A stretch of DNA of 43,683 nucleotides from a virus (IMGVR_UViG_3300029142_000007:1-43683), one strand, 5' to 3'. Shown: positions 9,881-19,428, numbered from the stretch's first letter. Notes: generated from the letters alone by a model not told the origin. A program made the numbers and translations.

Positions 9881-10549
9881 ATGGCTTTTCTATCCTTGGG
9901 AGCACTCACTCAAGAAGTGATCACCAATGTCGGCCTCGTCTCTGGTACGAGTGTTCAGACGTATACTGAACCTCAAGCTGAATTGCAGGTTAAGAACATC
10001 TTTGACTTTCTCTTTCGTAAACGGCGGTGGGACCATCTCTCAGTTACAAAAACATATGAGCTGGATGGTACTACAGGTGTTGTAACGGCAACTTTAGGAG
10101 ATGAGTTGAAAGAGTGGGCACACATCTTGTCTATTCACTGCTCGGACAATGATGATACAGTTCCTCGTGCTTTCAACAGAGATTATCTGCGTGTAGAAGG
10201 TGATAGAGCAAAGTATTGGCGTCCGCTACCTTGGACAGATCCAGTAGCAGCAACAAAGATGATCCAGTTCTTTCCTAACATTGCTACAGTAGATGTAGAT
10301 ATCGAGTTCAAAGTTGAACCTACAATTCAAATCCCCGATGACATCGTTCCGTTTCCACGGGACTTAGTAGTAAACGGGGCCTCATGGTTGTTGCTGGACA
10401 CAGATGGGATTAATCCCACGAACGCGGCCAAATGTCAGGGTATGTTCGAACAGATCTATCGTGATGTTGTGAGCCAAGAAGGCGAAACTCCAATTGGCCA
10501 TGGAACACGAGGACGAACAGGTGACTTCACTGTTCAAACAATCAGTTAG
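9881..10549 (+). CDS. Head-tail adaptor (tail tubular protein A-like)
   Basis: 222 aa, size and position before a ~600 aa nozzle gene, GAGGAGG SD. Confidence 0.6.
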   Translation: MAFLSLGALTQEVITNVGLVSGTSVQTYTEPQAELQVKNIFDFLFRKRRWDHLSVTKTYELDGTTGVVTATLGDELKEWAHILSIHCSDNDDTVPRAFNRDYLRVEGDRAKYWRPLPWTDPVAATKMIQFFPNIATVDVDIEFKVEPTIQIPDDIVPFPRDLVVNGASWLLLDTDGINPTNAAKCQGMFEQIYRDVVSQEGETPIGHGTRGRTGDFTVQTIS

Positions 10550-12332
10550 ACAGAAAATTGCTCGTCGGCGTCGTCAGCCTAGCGAGTTCAAAGAAGCTAC
10601 AATCTCAGATTTTGCTGGAGGTCTTAACACAGTTGATAATGACCTTCAGCTTAATTCTCGTTTTGCTAAAGATTTGGTGAATTTTTATAAGCAAGGCGAT
10701 GGTTCTCAACAACTTCGGTATGGCACTAATTATCTTTGGGATACAAGTCCTGTAGTAAATGGTAACATCATCGAAAACGACTACTTCCAAAATCATCTTC
10801 TTACTATGACTGAAGATGGTGAGATTGCAAAAATTGACTCAAATGGGACTATTACAGCAATCTGGAATACAGCAATTGCAAATGCTCTTCCGGGTGCTCC
10901 TGCTGGATGGTCAACTGGATTAGACTTAATTGATTTTACAGAGTTCAAAAATGAACTTGTTGTTTGTAATGGTGTAGATAAGCCTATTCTAATAGCCTCG
11001 GATCTTACAGTTACGTATCTCCAAGACATCCCAACCGGTTCGAACGTAAATGTCCCAATCGGCAAATTTGTTACGACTAGCTCTAACTATACAGTTATTG
11101 CTGGTATTACAGGCGATCCGGATACGATTTATATCTCAAGTTCTGGAACTAGTGGTACATGGCCGGGAGATCCTGCGCCAAATGACGCAATTAGTTTGAA
11201 TATTGCTGCGTTTGCACCATCTACAGGTGGTTCAATTCGTGGTCTATCGTCATTCAAGAACTTGCTTCTGATCCACTTTGCTACAGCTACTGTAGTATTC
11301 CAGCTTGGTATTTATGATGCTGCTGGTACAACGCATGAACCTCAGTGGATTGAGACTATTCAAGAAGCTGGTATTGTATCTCATAGAACAGAGTTGATCA
11401 TTCCAGAAGCGGCAGGGTTTACAACACCCGGCGGCTTTAAGCGTATGAAGCAGAATACGTTTATTACTGGTACAGCAACGAAACTTATGTCTGATAAGAT
11501 CCAAACGGATATTCAAGGACAAATTCCAACAGTGTATGCTGATAGGATTAGAAGTTTTAGCTTCTTGAATACAGCAGATGACTCTGTCTGGCTTATGCTC
11601 TACGACGGTTCTGAGTACAATATGTATATTGGTGGTACAGATGATACTTTGAACAAGCTAGCTTGGGCAAAAGCGACTGGATGGAATTATGTTTGTGCTG
11701 CTGTAACAGAGGGCAAGCGCGTCTTTCTGTGTAGAGATACATATGTATTCCAGCTTGGTAATGAGTTGTATGATGGTGAGCAATATCTTGCTGATGAAGT
11801 AGGTTTCTATGACTCAGTTTGGGCAACGTCTACAGCATATGTAGTTGGGGACAAAGTCCAAGAAGGTAGTACGGCGTATAGGTGTATTGTTGCTCACACA
11901 TCAGGCGTATTTGCAGATGACTTAGATGCAGAATTTTGGGAAGAAAACGACGGAGATGAAATTGACTTCGTTTGGGAGCTTCCTTGGTCTGATCTTCAAT
12001 CTCGTATGAGAAAGAAACATCTAGGATTTTTGGGCCTTGATACGTCAGGTGCCTCAAATTTCACCTTGCAAATTTTCGTTGATGATATTAGACTAGATGC
12101 AGGTGGTAATTTAGATCCTGCTCTTACTTTAGATTTTGTTGGCGCCGAAAGTGGCGGTTATGGCAACGGTCCCCAACCGTATGGGGGCGGCAGACGAACA
12201 GCGGATGAGCGCCGTTGGGGTTTTCCAGTACAATTCAATAAGATGAAATTGCGAATAGTCGGCTCAGGCAGAAAAGGGCTTGGCTTTGACGCGATTACAA
12301 TCTTGTACAAAAATGGGACATTCCACAGATGA
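10494..12332 (+). CDS. Tail nozzle / tubular protein B-like, with CBM5/12-like insertion
   Basis: N-terminal DFAGGLNT motif typical of podoviral stabilisation/nozzle proteins. Beta-rich. WATSTAYVVGDKV...YRCIVAHTS insert. Confidence 0.7.
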   Translation: MAMEHEDEQVTSLFKQSVRQKIARRRRQPSEFKEATISDFAGGLNTVDNDLQLNSRFAKDLVNFYKQGDGSQQLRYGTNYLWDTSPVVNGNIIENDYFQNHLLTMTEDGEIAKIDSNGTITAIWNTAIANALPGAPAGWSTGLDLIDFTEFKNELVVCNGVDKPILIASDLTVTYLQDIPTGSNVNVPIGKFVTTSSNYTVIAGITGDPDTIYISSSGTSGTWPGDPAPNDAISLNIAAFAPSTGGSIRGLSSFKNLLLIHFATATVVFQLGIYDAAGTTHEPQWIETIQEAGIVSHRTELIIPEAAGFTTPGGFKRMKQNTFITGTATKLMSDKIQTDIQGQIPTVYADRIRSFSFLNTADDSVWLMLYDGSEYNMYIGGTDDTLNKLAWAKATGWNYVCAAVTEGKRVFLCRDTYVFQLGNELYDGEQYLADEVGFYDSVWATSTAYVVGDKVQEGSTAYRCIVAHTSGVFADDLDAEFWEENDGDEIDFVWELPWSDLQSRMRKKHLGFLGLDTSGASNFTLQIFVDDIRLDAGGNLDPALTLDFVGAESGGYGNGPQPYGGGRRTADERRWGFPVQFNKMKLRIVGSGRKGLGFDAITILYKNGTFHR

Positions 12333-14485
12333 CGGATTTTACACCGAATTTGCGGTTAAAACTAATCGACTTTAATACTACAACGTGGCATGATGATGCG
12401 TGGGATAACTATCGTATCATCGATGCTGCGGTAGCTGTGTTTGGATTGTCTGTTCAAGGATTGTGGACAAACTCTACAGCAGTTGTAGTAGGTGAGAACT
12501 ATGTAGATGCTGAGTTGGGAACGATCTGGCAGTGTGTTGTTTCACATACAACTCCAGCAGCTCCTACACTTTTTGCTGACGATCGTACGGCAAATCCGGG
12601 TCGGTGGGCCCCTGTAACAAACATTGGTACGTGGAGAGGTAATTGGGCACCTGCAACAGCTTATGCTGCGCGGGATATTATCTATGAAACTACAAACAAA
12701 ACGTATTACCAGTGTAATACTACACATACTTCTAGTGCTACTTTTCCTCCAGATATTGCAAATTGGGATATCCTCGCAGACTTCTCAATTGTAATTGCTG
12801 AGGCAGAAGCGGCACGAGATGCAGCTCAATTGTCTGAGGCAAATGCAGCAACGAGTGAAGCTAATGCAGCAACAAGCGAGACTAACGCAGCAAATTCCGC
12901 TTCAGCAGCAGCGACAAGTGAAAGCAACGCTGCATCATCTGCGGCTTCAGCTTCTTCAAGTGCTAGTGCGGCGGCAACGTCGGCTTCAAATGCGGCAACA
13001 TCGGAAACAAATGCAGCAGCTTCAGCAGCTTCTGCCCTAGGCTCTTTAACTACTTTTAATGGGCACTATCTTGGGGCACAGTCTTCTGATCCAACATTGG
13101 ATGAGAATGGAGATCCTTTAACAGGAGGAGAGCTGTATTTCAACGATGTTACACTTGTTGCCCGGATTTATGATCTTGGCACTACTACTTGGTACGATGT
13201 AGGTCAAGCTACAAGTCCTGTAGTAAACAGTGGTACAGGCGATGGCACAACTACAACTTTTAATCTTGGTGCTGCACCTATCAGCGAGAACTTTGTCTTT
13301 GCATACACAAATGGCCAGTATGTGCCAAAGAGTGAGTTCAGTATTGTTGGATCAGATATAGTCTATACTACAGCACCTGTAGATGGAGATGATCTTGAAT
13401 GGGTTACGTTGACAGCTGTTGATATTGGAACACCTTCTGATGGAACAGTTGGAGCTGATCAATTAGTTAATGATGATGCCGGTCTTGCAGCTATTCGAGC
13501 TAAGCTTGATATTGGTATCATGGATGATTATTATGATAAGCTGATCAATGGTAACTTTTGGTTGGATCAGCGGAAGAGTGGACCATACACAGCAAGTGGT
13601 TACACACTTGATCGCTGGAAGCTTGGCATAAGTGGAGGTGCTGCTGTATCTGTTACTCAAGTCGCAGATTATACCGGGGGAGATCCTTTGTATGGTTTGC
13701 AACTTGCAAGAAGTGTTGCAGGAACTGCGTCAGCTTTTATTACGCAGCGAATTGAAGACGTTCGTACACTTGCAGGCAAGAAAGCAACAATTTATCTTAA
13801 AATTGCTACAACCGCGGACACTGAAATTGTTTTGCGTATGTGGCAACAGTTTGGCACTGGCTCGAATAGTCCTTCTCCTGTCAATGCCTTTTATATTTCT
13901 GCAGATCAAGCTATCACTTCAGGTGCAGATAACGTTATTAAGCTTGTTGTAGACGTTGATGATCTAACAGGAAAAACAATTGGTGACAGTCCTACACGCA
14001 ATAACTCTGTTGAAGTTGGAGTAGAGTGGCCACATGATGCTACTAATCCTACAGCAACACTAACTTTGAAAGAGTTTGCACTTGTTGAAGGTGATGCATC
14101 TGACCAAGATGATATATTCCGGCCAAGACATAGAGCGCATGATAAGTTGCTTGCAATGCGTTATTATGAGAAGTCGTGGCCAGAAGAAACTGCAGTTGGT
14201 TCAGGTAGTGCATCAGGTTCAACATACGGCAATTTTGCTCGAAATGCTTCAAACCAGAATTATACAACGATTAGGTTTGTTGTACCAAAACGGACTTCGC
14301 CTACTATGACTGCATACGGTAATACAGGCACAGCTGGTAAATACCTAAATGTGTCTGTCTCTGTAGAAGAGAATGCCAATCTATCAGGTACTGCAACTAG
14401 TGCTCTGTTTAATCCGTCAACCTCATCAAATGTTAATTTGGGTGATGTATGGCGTTTGCAGTGGACAGCGGAGAGTGAGCTTTAA
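12329..14485 (+). CDS. Tail fibre / receptor-binding protein
   Basis: N-terminal TPNLRL anchor, two CBM5/12-like W..Y...C...HT repeats, a SEANAAT coiled repeat, a GDGTTTTF module and a C-terminal INGNF..DQR...DRW domain. Confidence 0.8.
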   Translation: MTDFTPNLRLKLIDFNTTTWHDDAWDNYRIIDAAVAVFGLSVQGLWTNSTAVVVGENYVDAELGTIWQCVVSHTTPAAPTLFADDRTANPGRWAPVTNIGTWRGNWAPATAYAARDIIYETTNKTYYQCNTTHTSSATFPPDIANWDILADFSIVIAEAEAARDAAQLSEANAATSEANAATSETNAANSASAAATSESNAASSAASASSSASAAATSASNAATSETNAAASAASALGSLTTFNGHYLGAQSSDPTLDENGDPLTGGELYFNDVTLVARIYDLGTTTWYDVGQATSPVVNSGTGDGTTTTFNLGAAPISENFVFAYTNGQYVPKSEFSIVGSDIVYTTAPVDGDDLEWVTLTAVDIGTPSDGTVGADQLVNDDAGLAAIRAKLDIGIMDDYYDKLINGNFWLDQRKSGPYTASGYTLDRWKLGISGGAAVSVTQVADYTGGDPLYGLQLARSVAGTASAFITQRIEDVRTLAGKKATIYLKIATTADTEIVLRMWQQFGTGSNSPSPVNAFYISADQAITSGADNVIKLVVDVDDLTGKTIGDSPTRNNSVEVGVEWPHDATNPTATLTLKEFALVEGDASDQDDIFRPRHRAHDKLLAMRYYEKSWPEETAVGSGSASGSTYGNFARNASNQNYTTIRFVVPKRTSPTMTAYGNTGTAGKYLNVSVSVEENANLSGTATSALFNPSTSSNVNLGDVWRLQWTAESEL
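12833..13035 (+). repeat. Degenerate 21-bp tandem repeats encoding SE(A/T/S)NAA(T/S)
   Basis: Examples: tctgaggcaaatgcagcaacg, agtgaagctaatgcagcaaca, agcgagactaacgcagcaaat. Typical Ala/Ser fibre stalk. Confidence 0.75.
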
Positions 14486-14486
14486 T

Positions 14487-15527
14487 ATGACAATTCCTCT
14501 TATTCAACCTCATCAGCTCAACGCATCGCCATTGGTAGGTTTTCGAAACAAACTTGCTAATCCGATCTTTAATGTTAATCAACGAGGTACATCTTTTACA
14601 GGTTTAGGAACAGGTGTTAACTATACATCTGATCGTTGGCTTGTTGAAAGGGATGGTTCTGGTGCTACAGTAGATGTAGCAATAACAGAGTTTCCTGCTG
14701 GACAAGCTGCTCCACCAGTTGTATCCCGTGAGTGGTATATGGAGTATGATTGTACAGTTGCAGGATCAGGCGCAACATACAATCGTATTCGGCAGAAGAT
14801 TGAAGATGCTCATACATTACACAATGGCAAAGCAACTGTTACGATTTGGGCAGAAGCGGCAGGTGCAGGAACAGTTAATTTCTCTCTGCACCAAAACTTT
14901 GGATCAGGTGGATCACCTTCATCACAAGTTAATTTGGTATTACAAAATGCTGTTAGCATTGGTGGTAGTTGGACGATGTATCAATACGAAGTTGATATAC
15001 CATCTGTCTTTAGTAAGATATTTGGGACGAATGGCAATAGTCAATTGATCCTCAATATTGATTTGCCTCTTAATGCAACGTATACATTTCGTCTTGCGCA
15101 TGTATCGGTTGTACCGGGGACTGTTGCACCTGAAGATGATCCGATTAGTGCTCGGTTTCTTTCACTTGAGCATATGATTTGTAGACGTTATATGCAGAAG
15201 TCGTATAACTTGAATGTTGCTCCGGGTGCAATTAGTAGTGCTCCGGGTTTGTTGACGAATAGGAATGTACTTGGATCTTCTCTTGCTTGGGCTGCTAAAT
15301 GGGATGTTTATTTCAATCCGCCAATGCGAGGAACTCCTACAGTAACTGCTTATTCACACGGAACAGGTAATGCTGGCAACTTATATGATAGTGTTCTAGC
15401 TGCAGATGTTGGAGCAGGAATAGCCAATCCGGGTCAACATGGTTGTGTTATTCATAATGCTGGAGCAATCTCAACTGTTACAACATCATTCCAGCAGGTA
15501 CACTTCACTGCAATCTCGGAGCTTTAA
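14487..15527 (+). CDS. Second fibre / receptor-binding domain protein, paralog of the upstream fibre C-terminus
   Basis: Start reassigned to MTIPLIQ. Shares N..F..QR, DRW, QxIED, FGxG, RYxxKS and terminal SEL with the upstream gene. Confidence 0.78.
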   Translation: MTIPLIQPHQLNASPLVGFRNKLANPIFNVNQRGTSFTGLGTGVNYTSDRWLVERDGSGATVDVAITEFPAGQAAPPVVSREWYMEYDCTVAGSGATYNRIRQKIEDAHTLHNGKATVTIWAEAAGAGTVNFSLHQNFGSGGSPSSQVNLVLQNAVSIGGSWTMYQYEVDIPSVFSKIFGTNGNSQLILNIDLPLNATYTFRLAHVSVVPGTVAPEDDPISARFLSLEHMICRRYMQKSYNLNVAPGAISSAPGLLTNRNVLGSSLAWAAKWDVYFNPPMRGTPTVTAYSHGTGNAGNLYDSVLAADVGAGIANPGQHGCVIHNAGAISTVTTSFQQVHFTAISEL

Positions 15528-15528
15528 C

Positions 15529-16044
15529 ATGACAATCACAGCAAAATTCATTGACCCTGATCATCAATATGTTGAGCGGTCAGACAAAGTTGGATCAGTC
15601 ATTCCTTTTGAAGGCAATTCTGATTACTTTGAATTGGTTGAAATGGGCATAGTAATAGCTCCCTATGTAGCTCCTACACCTACTGTAGCAGAGCTTAAAG
15701 CTCATCTTGCTGACTATCGTTGGAAGATTGAGACTGGAGGTTTAACTGTACAAGTAAATGGCCATACATTTCCTGTGCAGACAGATGATCGAAGCCAAAC
15801 AAAGTTCAATGCAATTTTGTTAGGAACGATTATTGATCCAACTTTTAGCACTCCCTTCAAAAACAAGGAGGGGAATTTTATTACTTTGAACCGAGATGAA
15901 TGTCAGCAAATGGCAACAGCGGTTGGCGACTTTGTGAAAAAAGCATTCGCTTCAGAAGAAGTGGTACAAGGTCAAGTTGATGGAGGTTCTGTAACCACTT
16001 ATGATCAAGTTGAAACCAACTTTGATCTAGCTATGGGAAGCTAA
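15529..16044 (+). CDS. Tail-fibre-associated protein (DUF4376-like)
   Basis: Start MTITAKF. Pattern RWKIETGG...QTDDRSQ...FITL...AF..E, located after the fibres. Confidence 0.65.
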   Translation: MTITAKFIDPDHQYVERSDKVGSVIPFEGNSDYFELVEMGIVIAPYVAPTPTVAELKAHLADYRWKIETGGLTVQVNGHTFPVQTDDRSQTKFNAILLGTIIDPTFSTPFKNKEGNFITLNRDECQQMATAVGDFVKKAFASEEVVQGQVDGGSVTTYDQVETNFDLAMGS

Positions 16045-16045
16045 G

Positions 16046-16852
16046 ATGAGAGGCATTGAATACTTGGATGGTTCGGATTTGCTGAATGCTACAGGCAATG
16101 TAGGCAGTCCAATTATCATTAAAGGGATCGTGAAAGCGTTTCCTTCAGTTGCAGTTAAATATAAAGTAACTCCTGTGTATGCTGGCTTGGTTTTGGGTCA
16201 GATTGCAGTAGAGAGTGACCATTTCAAAACGATGGAAGAGTATGCTTCTGGTGATGCATATGATACTCGTACTGATTTGGGTAACACTCCTGAGCGAGAT
16301 GGCGATGGTCGATTGAATAAAGGTGCTGGCTTGATCCAACGGACAGGTCACACCAATTTGTCGATTGCAGCCAAACGACTTGGTGTTTCTTTGGCAGAAG
16401 TCCGGAAGCTGTTAAAGGAAGATCCTGAAGTTGCTCTCGAAGATGCATTCCATTATTGCATGGTCGAGCGCGGCAAGCGTACTGCTCAAAGTGCAAAAGA
16501 GGAAAATATTAAAATCCTCACCAAAGCAGTGAATGGAGGCACTACGCATCATGCAGAGCGTGTTAGATACACTCGTCTATTCTGGTTGGCTCTCCTTGGG
16601 CATACTCTCAATGAAAGGGGTATTCGCCAATTTCAATCCAGCTCTTCACATTACACTGATGTTGCTGATGGTAAGATGGGACCAAAAACAGAACGGGCAC
16701 TCTGGAAGGAAATCAAAAACTGTAAATGGCAATCACCGGCTGTACCAACAACTATAGCCGAGAAAACTACTACAGGTGTTGTAGCAACTGGTGGATCAGT
16801 TGGTATAGGCTATCTTCTGTACCAAGCATGGCAATGGCTCTTTGGAGGTTAA
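16046..16852 (+). CDS. Endolysin, glycoside hydrolase family 19, with PG-binding-like segment and C-terminal hydrophobic helix
   Basis: GQIAVES...EE...DLGN...GDG..KGAGLIQRTG...TKAVNGG..H.ER GH19 pattern, and FQ...ADGKMGPKT PG-binding-like motif. Confidence 0.82.
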   Translation: MRGIEYLDGSDLLNATGNVGSPIIIKGIVKAFPSVAVKYKVTPVYAGLVLGQIAVESDHFKTMEEYASGDAYDTRTDLGNTPERDGDGRLNKGAGLIQRTGHTNLSIAAKRLGVSLAEVRKLLKEDPEVALEDAFHYCMVERGKRTAQSAKEENIKILTKAVNGGTTHHAERVRYTRLFWLALLGHTLNERGIRQFQSSSSHYTDVADGKMGPKTERALWKEIKNCKWQSPAVPTTIAEKTTTGVVATGGSVGIGYLLYQAWQWLFGG

Positions 16853-16853
16853 A

Positions 16854-17048
16854 ATGATCAAGAAAGGCTATCGAACAATAATCGTCAATGCTGCTACAGC
16901 TGTTGTAGCAGTTGGAGCAGGCGTCATTGAGTATATGCATGTGATCGAGTTTCCGCGGGAAGTCTTGATCGGAGCCATTGTTGTGGTTAATCTGGGGAAT
17001 GTCTACCTTCGTTCCATTACTACAACGCCTGTAGGAAAGGACATATAA
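16854..17048 (+). CDS. Putative holin
   Basis: 64 aa, two hydrophobic helices, KGYRT...LRSITTTPVG pattern, right after the endolysin, GGAGG SD. Confidence 0.68.
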   Translation: MIKKGYRTIIVNAATAVVAVGAGVIEYMHVIEFPREVLIGAIVVVNLGNVYLRSITTTPVGKDI

Positions 17049-17353
17049 TGAGACTTCAAACTACATCAGTGTTGAAGGGATCACAGCTTGCTCTTAGTGC
17101 AAGTGCTGCGTACTACCAACCTGCTGCAAAGTTGTCGACAGAGACTGTTCGACTTGTTTGTGATGTTGAAAGTTGGTTTGCCGTGCTTCCTTTGAACGAA
17201 ACTGTGAGTACTGCAAATGGAGCTTTGCTTGCTGCAAAGGAAGTAGAGTTCATTGATATTCCTAAAGGGTATCAACTTGGAGTAGTTGCAGGTGGTGCAG
17301 GGATTGCATATATCAATCCTGCTAAAAAGACATTAGATTATGTCCAGTCCTAA
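17048..17353 (+). CDS. Hypothetical (virion?) protein
   Basis: 101 aa, beta-rich, translationally coupled. Confidence 0.65.
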   Translation: MRLQTTSVLKGSQLALSASAAYYQPAAKLSTETVRLVCDVESWFAVLPLNETVSTANGALLAAKEVEFIDIPKGYQLGVVAGGAGIAYINPAKKTLDYVQS

Positions 17354-17480
17354 TGCACCAAACAAGCCGATGCCAAACAAAGTTAACAAAAAAGGTTCTT
17401 TGGCATCTGGAGATAAACAAGTATCTGATGAGTATGTAACTACAGGATATGTAGTTGCAGGATACGTGGAGAGTGGATAA
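17340..17480 (+). CDS. Small ORF missed by the track (46 aa, MSSPNAP...YVTTGYVVAGYVESG)
   Basis: Open frame that fills the gap exactly. Its stop overlaps the next ATG (TAATG). Contains YVxxGYV repeats. Confidence 0.5.
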   Translation: MSSPNAPNKPMPNKVNKKGSLASGDKQVSDEYVTTGYVVAGYVESG

Positions 17481-18112
17481 TGGTTGGCTTTATCAAGCGA
17501 TTAGTAAAAGGCCTCGCACTCACTTGGGAGGAGATGGACCAGAATTGGGATGTTGCGAACAGCTTTAAGAATGTGCTTCTTAGCAGTTCAACAGCAAATC
17601 AAGAGCCCTCTGTTCTAGACACTCCAATTGATATTAACTTTGGAACTCCTACAATTGAAGAAACAACGTATGTTACTTTGAGTGCAGGAGGTATTCTAGA
17701 GTTTCAGCCAGCTGCTGTAGGACGGCGGTTTATTGGCCGTTTGAGGTTTCAGTTTACTCGCACATCTAGTATGGGTGAAGCTCATTTGGCTTCTTGGGCT
17801 GAAATAAGTACCGATAGTGGTGTAATGTGGAATGCAATTGGTGACAGTGCGATTGAAGTGCTTGATGATGCTAATACATCTCAAACACTCTACATTCCAC
17901 TGAACTTTGCCCCTCAGAATGCTGGAGAACAGTATCGTTTTGAGTTGGCAAGAGCATCAACTGATTTTGGATCTGGAGCAGGAGTGAATAATGGTGGTTT
18001 GGCATCCCTTGATGTAAGTGCAGATATCACAGGAGCACCAGTCTCCCCGAGTGCTGGCATTGCCCTTGATATGATTAATGAGAATGGATCATTTGGAGGC
18101 ATGCGTTTCTGA
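17480..18112 (+). CDS. Virion fibre/appendage-like protein
   Basis: N-terminal RLVKGLALTWEEMDQNW resembles fibre-anchoring motifs. Beta-rich C-terminal domain. Confidence 0.6.
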   Translation: MVGFIKRLVKGLALTWEEMDQNWDVANSFKNVLLSSSTANQEPSVLDTPIDINFGTPTIEETTYVTLSAGGILEFQPAAVGRRFIGRLRFQFTRTSSMGEAHLASWAEISTDSGVMWNAIGDSAIEVLDDANTSQTLYIPLNFAPQNAGEQYRFELARASTDFGSGAGVNNGGLASLDVSADITGAPVSPSAGIALDMINENGSFGGMRF

Positions 18113-18372
18113 TGTTGGCTTCAATCCTTCTCAACCCAAAAGCAATAGTGGCTACAGCACTTGTAGCCATTATGCTCGGAACAAATCTATTCTCTTACAC
18201 GAAAGGTAGAAGAGATGTACTTCATAAAATTCAACTGGAGCAAGCTGAGGGAAAAATTAAGATACTCAAGCAAACGATTGAGAGTGACAGCGTCGTGGAT
18301 AATGCCGACGATCCTGCTCTCTGTGCTATCCTTGGTGGTTGCGAGCTGCCAGACGACGAAAGTAGCAACTGA
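18112..18372 (+). CDS. Putative i-spanin (Rz-like)
   Basis: N-terminal TM helix and short coiled coil, overlapped by a lipoprotein gene in another frame. Confidence 0.6.
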   Translation: MLASILLNPKAIVATALVAIMLGTNLFSYTKGRRDVLHKIQLEQAEGKIKILKQTIESDSVVDNADDPALCAILGGCELPDDESSN

Positions 18373-18505
18373 ACCGTGTGACGTTCTCCCAAAGATACGT
18401 GACGCAAAACCTGCAACAAATCATTATATAATAACAAATGACAGACTTTTTGCGATTGATGTAGCTAAAGCAAAAGAGAGGTACGAAACCTTCCGTTGTA
18501 GATGA
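18302..18505 (+). CDS. Putative o-spanin (Rz1-like lipoprotein)
   Basis: MPTILLSVLSLVVASC lipoprotein signal with further Cys residues. Overlaps the 3' end of the Rz-like gene. Confidence 0.65.
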   Translation: MPTILLSVLSLVVASCQTTKVATEPCDVLPKIRDAKPATNHYIITNDRLFAIDVAKAKERYETFRCR

Positions 18506-18515
18506 AGGAATTTTA

Positions 18516-18848
18516 ATGAATGCAAAAACACCACAACCGTCCCTCAATTTAACAGATGCTCGGGTTAAATTTTTCTTGTCTTTGGTAGGTGTTGTTGGTG
18601 TTGTGTTCACCGCGTCGCAGTTTATCACAGATAAAGTAAACCGACTTCAGCGAGTTGAGACAGATGTAGCTAAACATGCAACAGCGCACTCAGGACATAT
18701 AGGTCAATTAGGGGATGACTATGAAACACTTGAACGAGAAGTCAGGAGATTACAGGAAGAGTTACGGGACTTGCAACGGGATCTACAAATCCATCGTGTT
18801 CGACACGAGCAATCCGAAAGAAGCGGAGGAGGTTCGCACCCTCGCTGA
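18516..18848 (+). CDS. Hypothetical membrane-anchored coiled-coil protein
   Basis: One TM segment followed by heptad repeats. AAGGA SD. Confidence 0.6.
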   Translation: MNAKTPQPSLNLTDARVKFFLSLVGVVGVVFTASQFITDKVNRLQRVETDVAKHATAHSGHIGQLGDDYETLEREVRRLQEELRDLQRDLQIHRVRHEQSERSGGGSHPR

Positions 18849-18970
18849 CAAATTTTGGTTACTTTCTGCATCTATGATGTGTGTAACTGCGATAGTATAT
18901 GCCAGTCTCGTTTATGAAGATTGGAAAATAAAACAAAATGCTACAGAACTTGTAGTAGAGGAACAAAAGA

Positions 18971-19426
18971 ATGATTGACTTTTCTCAATATGGAGGGCAA
19001 GATATACCTATGATGCTTAAAGGGATTGAAAGATCCTTGAAATCTTATGGTTATCAGTCCTACGATTTTGATAGTAGTTTTATTCAGCAGATGCTAATCT
19101 CTCGTTTGGGAGATCCACGGTTTTTCTGCATGTTAGCTAAACAGCACGGCGTTCCAGTCGGTGGCCTGTGTGCTTCAGTCACAAACTTTATTATGTGCAA
19201 AGAAGCATACGCGGACGATCACTTCCTCTACATTCTGCCAGAACATCGCAAGTCGATGAGGATCATTACAACACTTGTAGCAGAGTATGAGAAGTGGGGA
19301 AAAGAGCTTGGCCTCAAGGCCGTTAGACTAACACAGACCAACGGATATAAACCAGATAAATTCGCCAAGTTGGCAAAGTATCTTGGTTATGAACATATCG
19401 GGTCTATTAATCAGAAGGAACTGTAA
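18971..19426 (+). CDS. GNAT-family acetyltransferase
   Basis: GNAT pattern FLYILPEHRKS...EKWGKELG...LGYE. Precedes the ejection-protein genes. Confidence 0.75.
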   Translation: MIDFSQYGGQDIPMMLKGIERSLKSYGYQSYDFDSSFIQQMLISRLGDPRFFCMLAKQHGVPVGGLCASVTNFIMCKEAYADDHFLYILPEHRKSMRIITTLVAEYEKWGKELGLKAVRLTQTNGYKPDKFAKLAKYLGYEHIGSINQKEL

Positions 19427-19428
19427 CC

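Noticed and set aside
13520-15527. Diversity-generating retroelement or invertible tail-fibre switch
   Set aside because: No reverse transcriptase or invertase, no near-identical TR/VR pair, and both copies are in the same orientation and highly diverged.
17320-17480. Programmed frameshift joining ORF 17048 to the 46-aa ORF
   Set aside because: A TAG stop lies two codons before the small ORF's ATG in that frame, and no convincing slippery site follows it.
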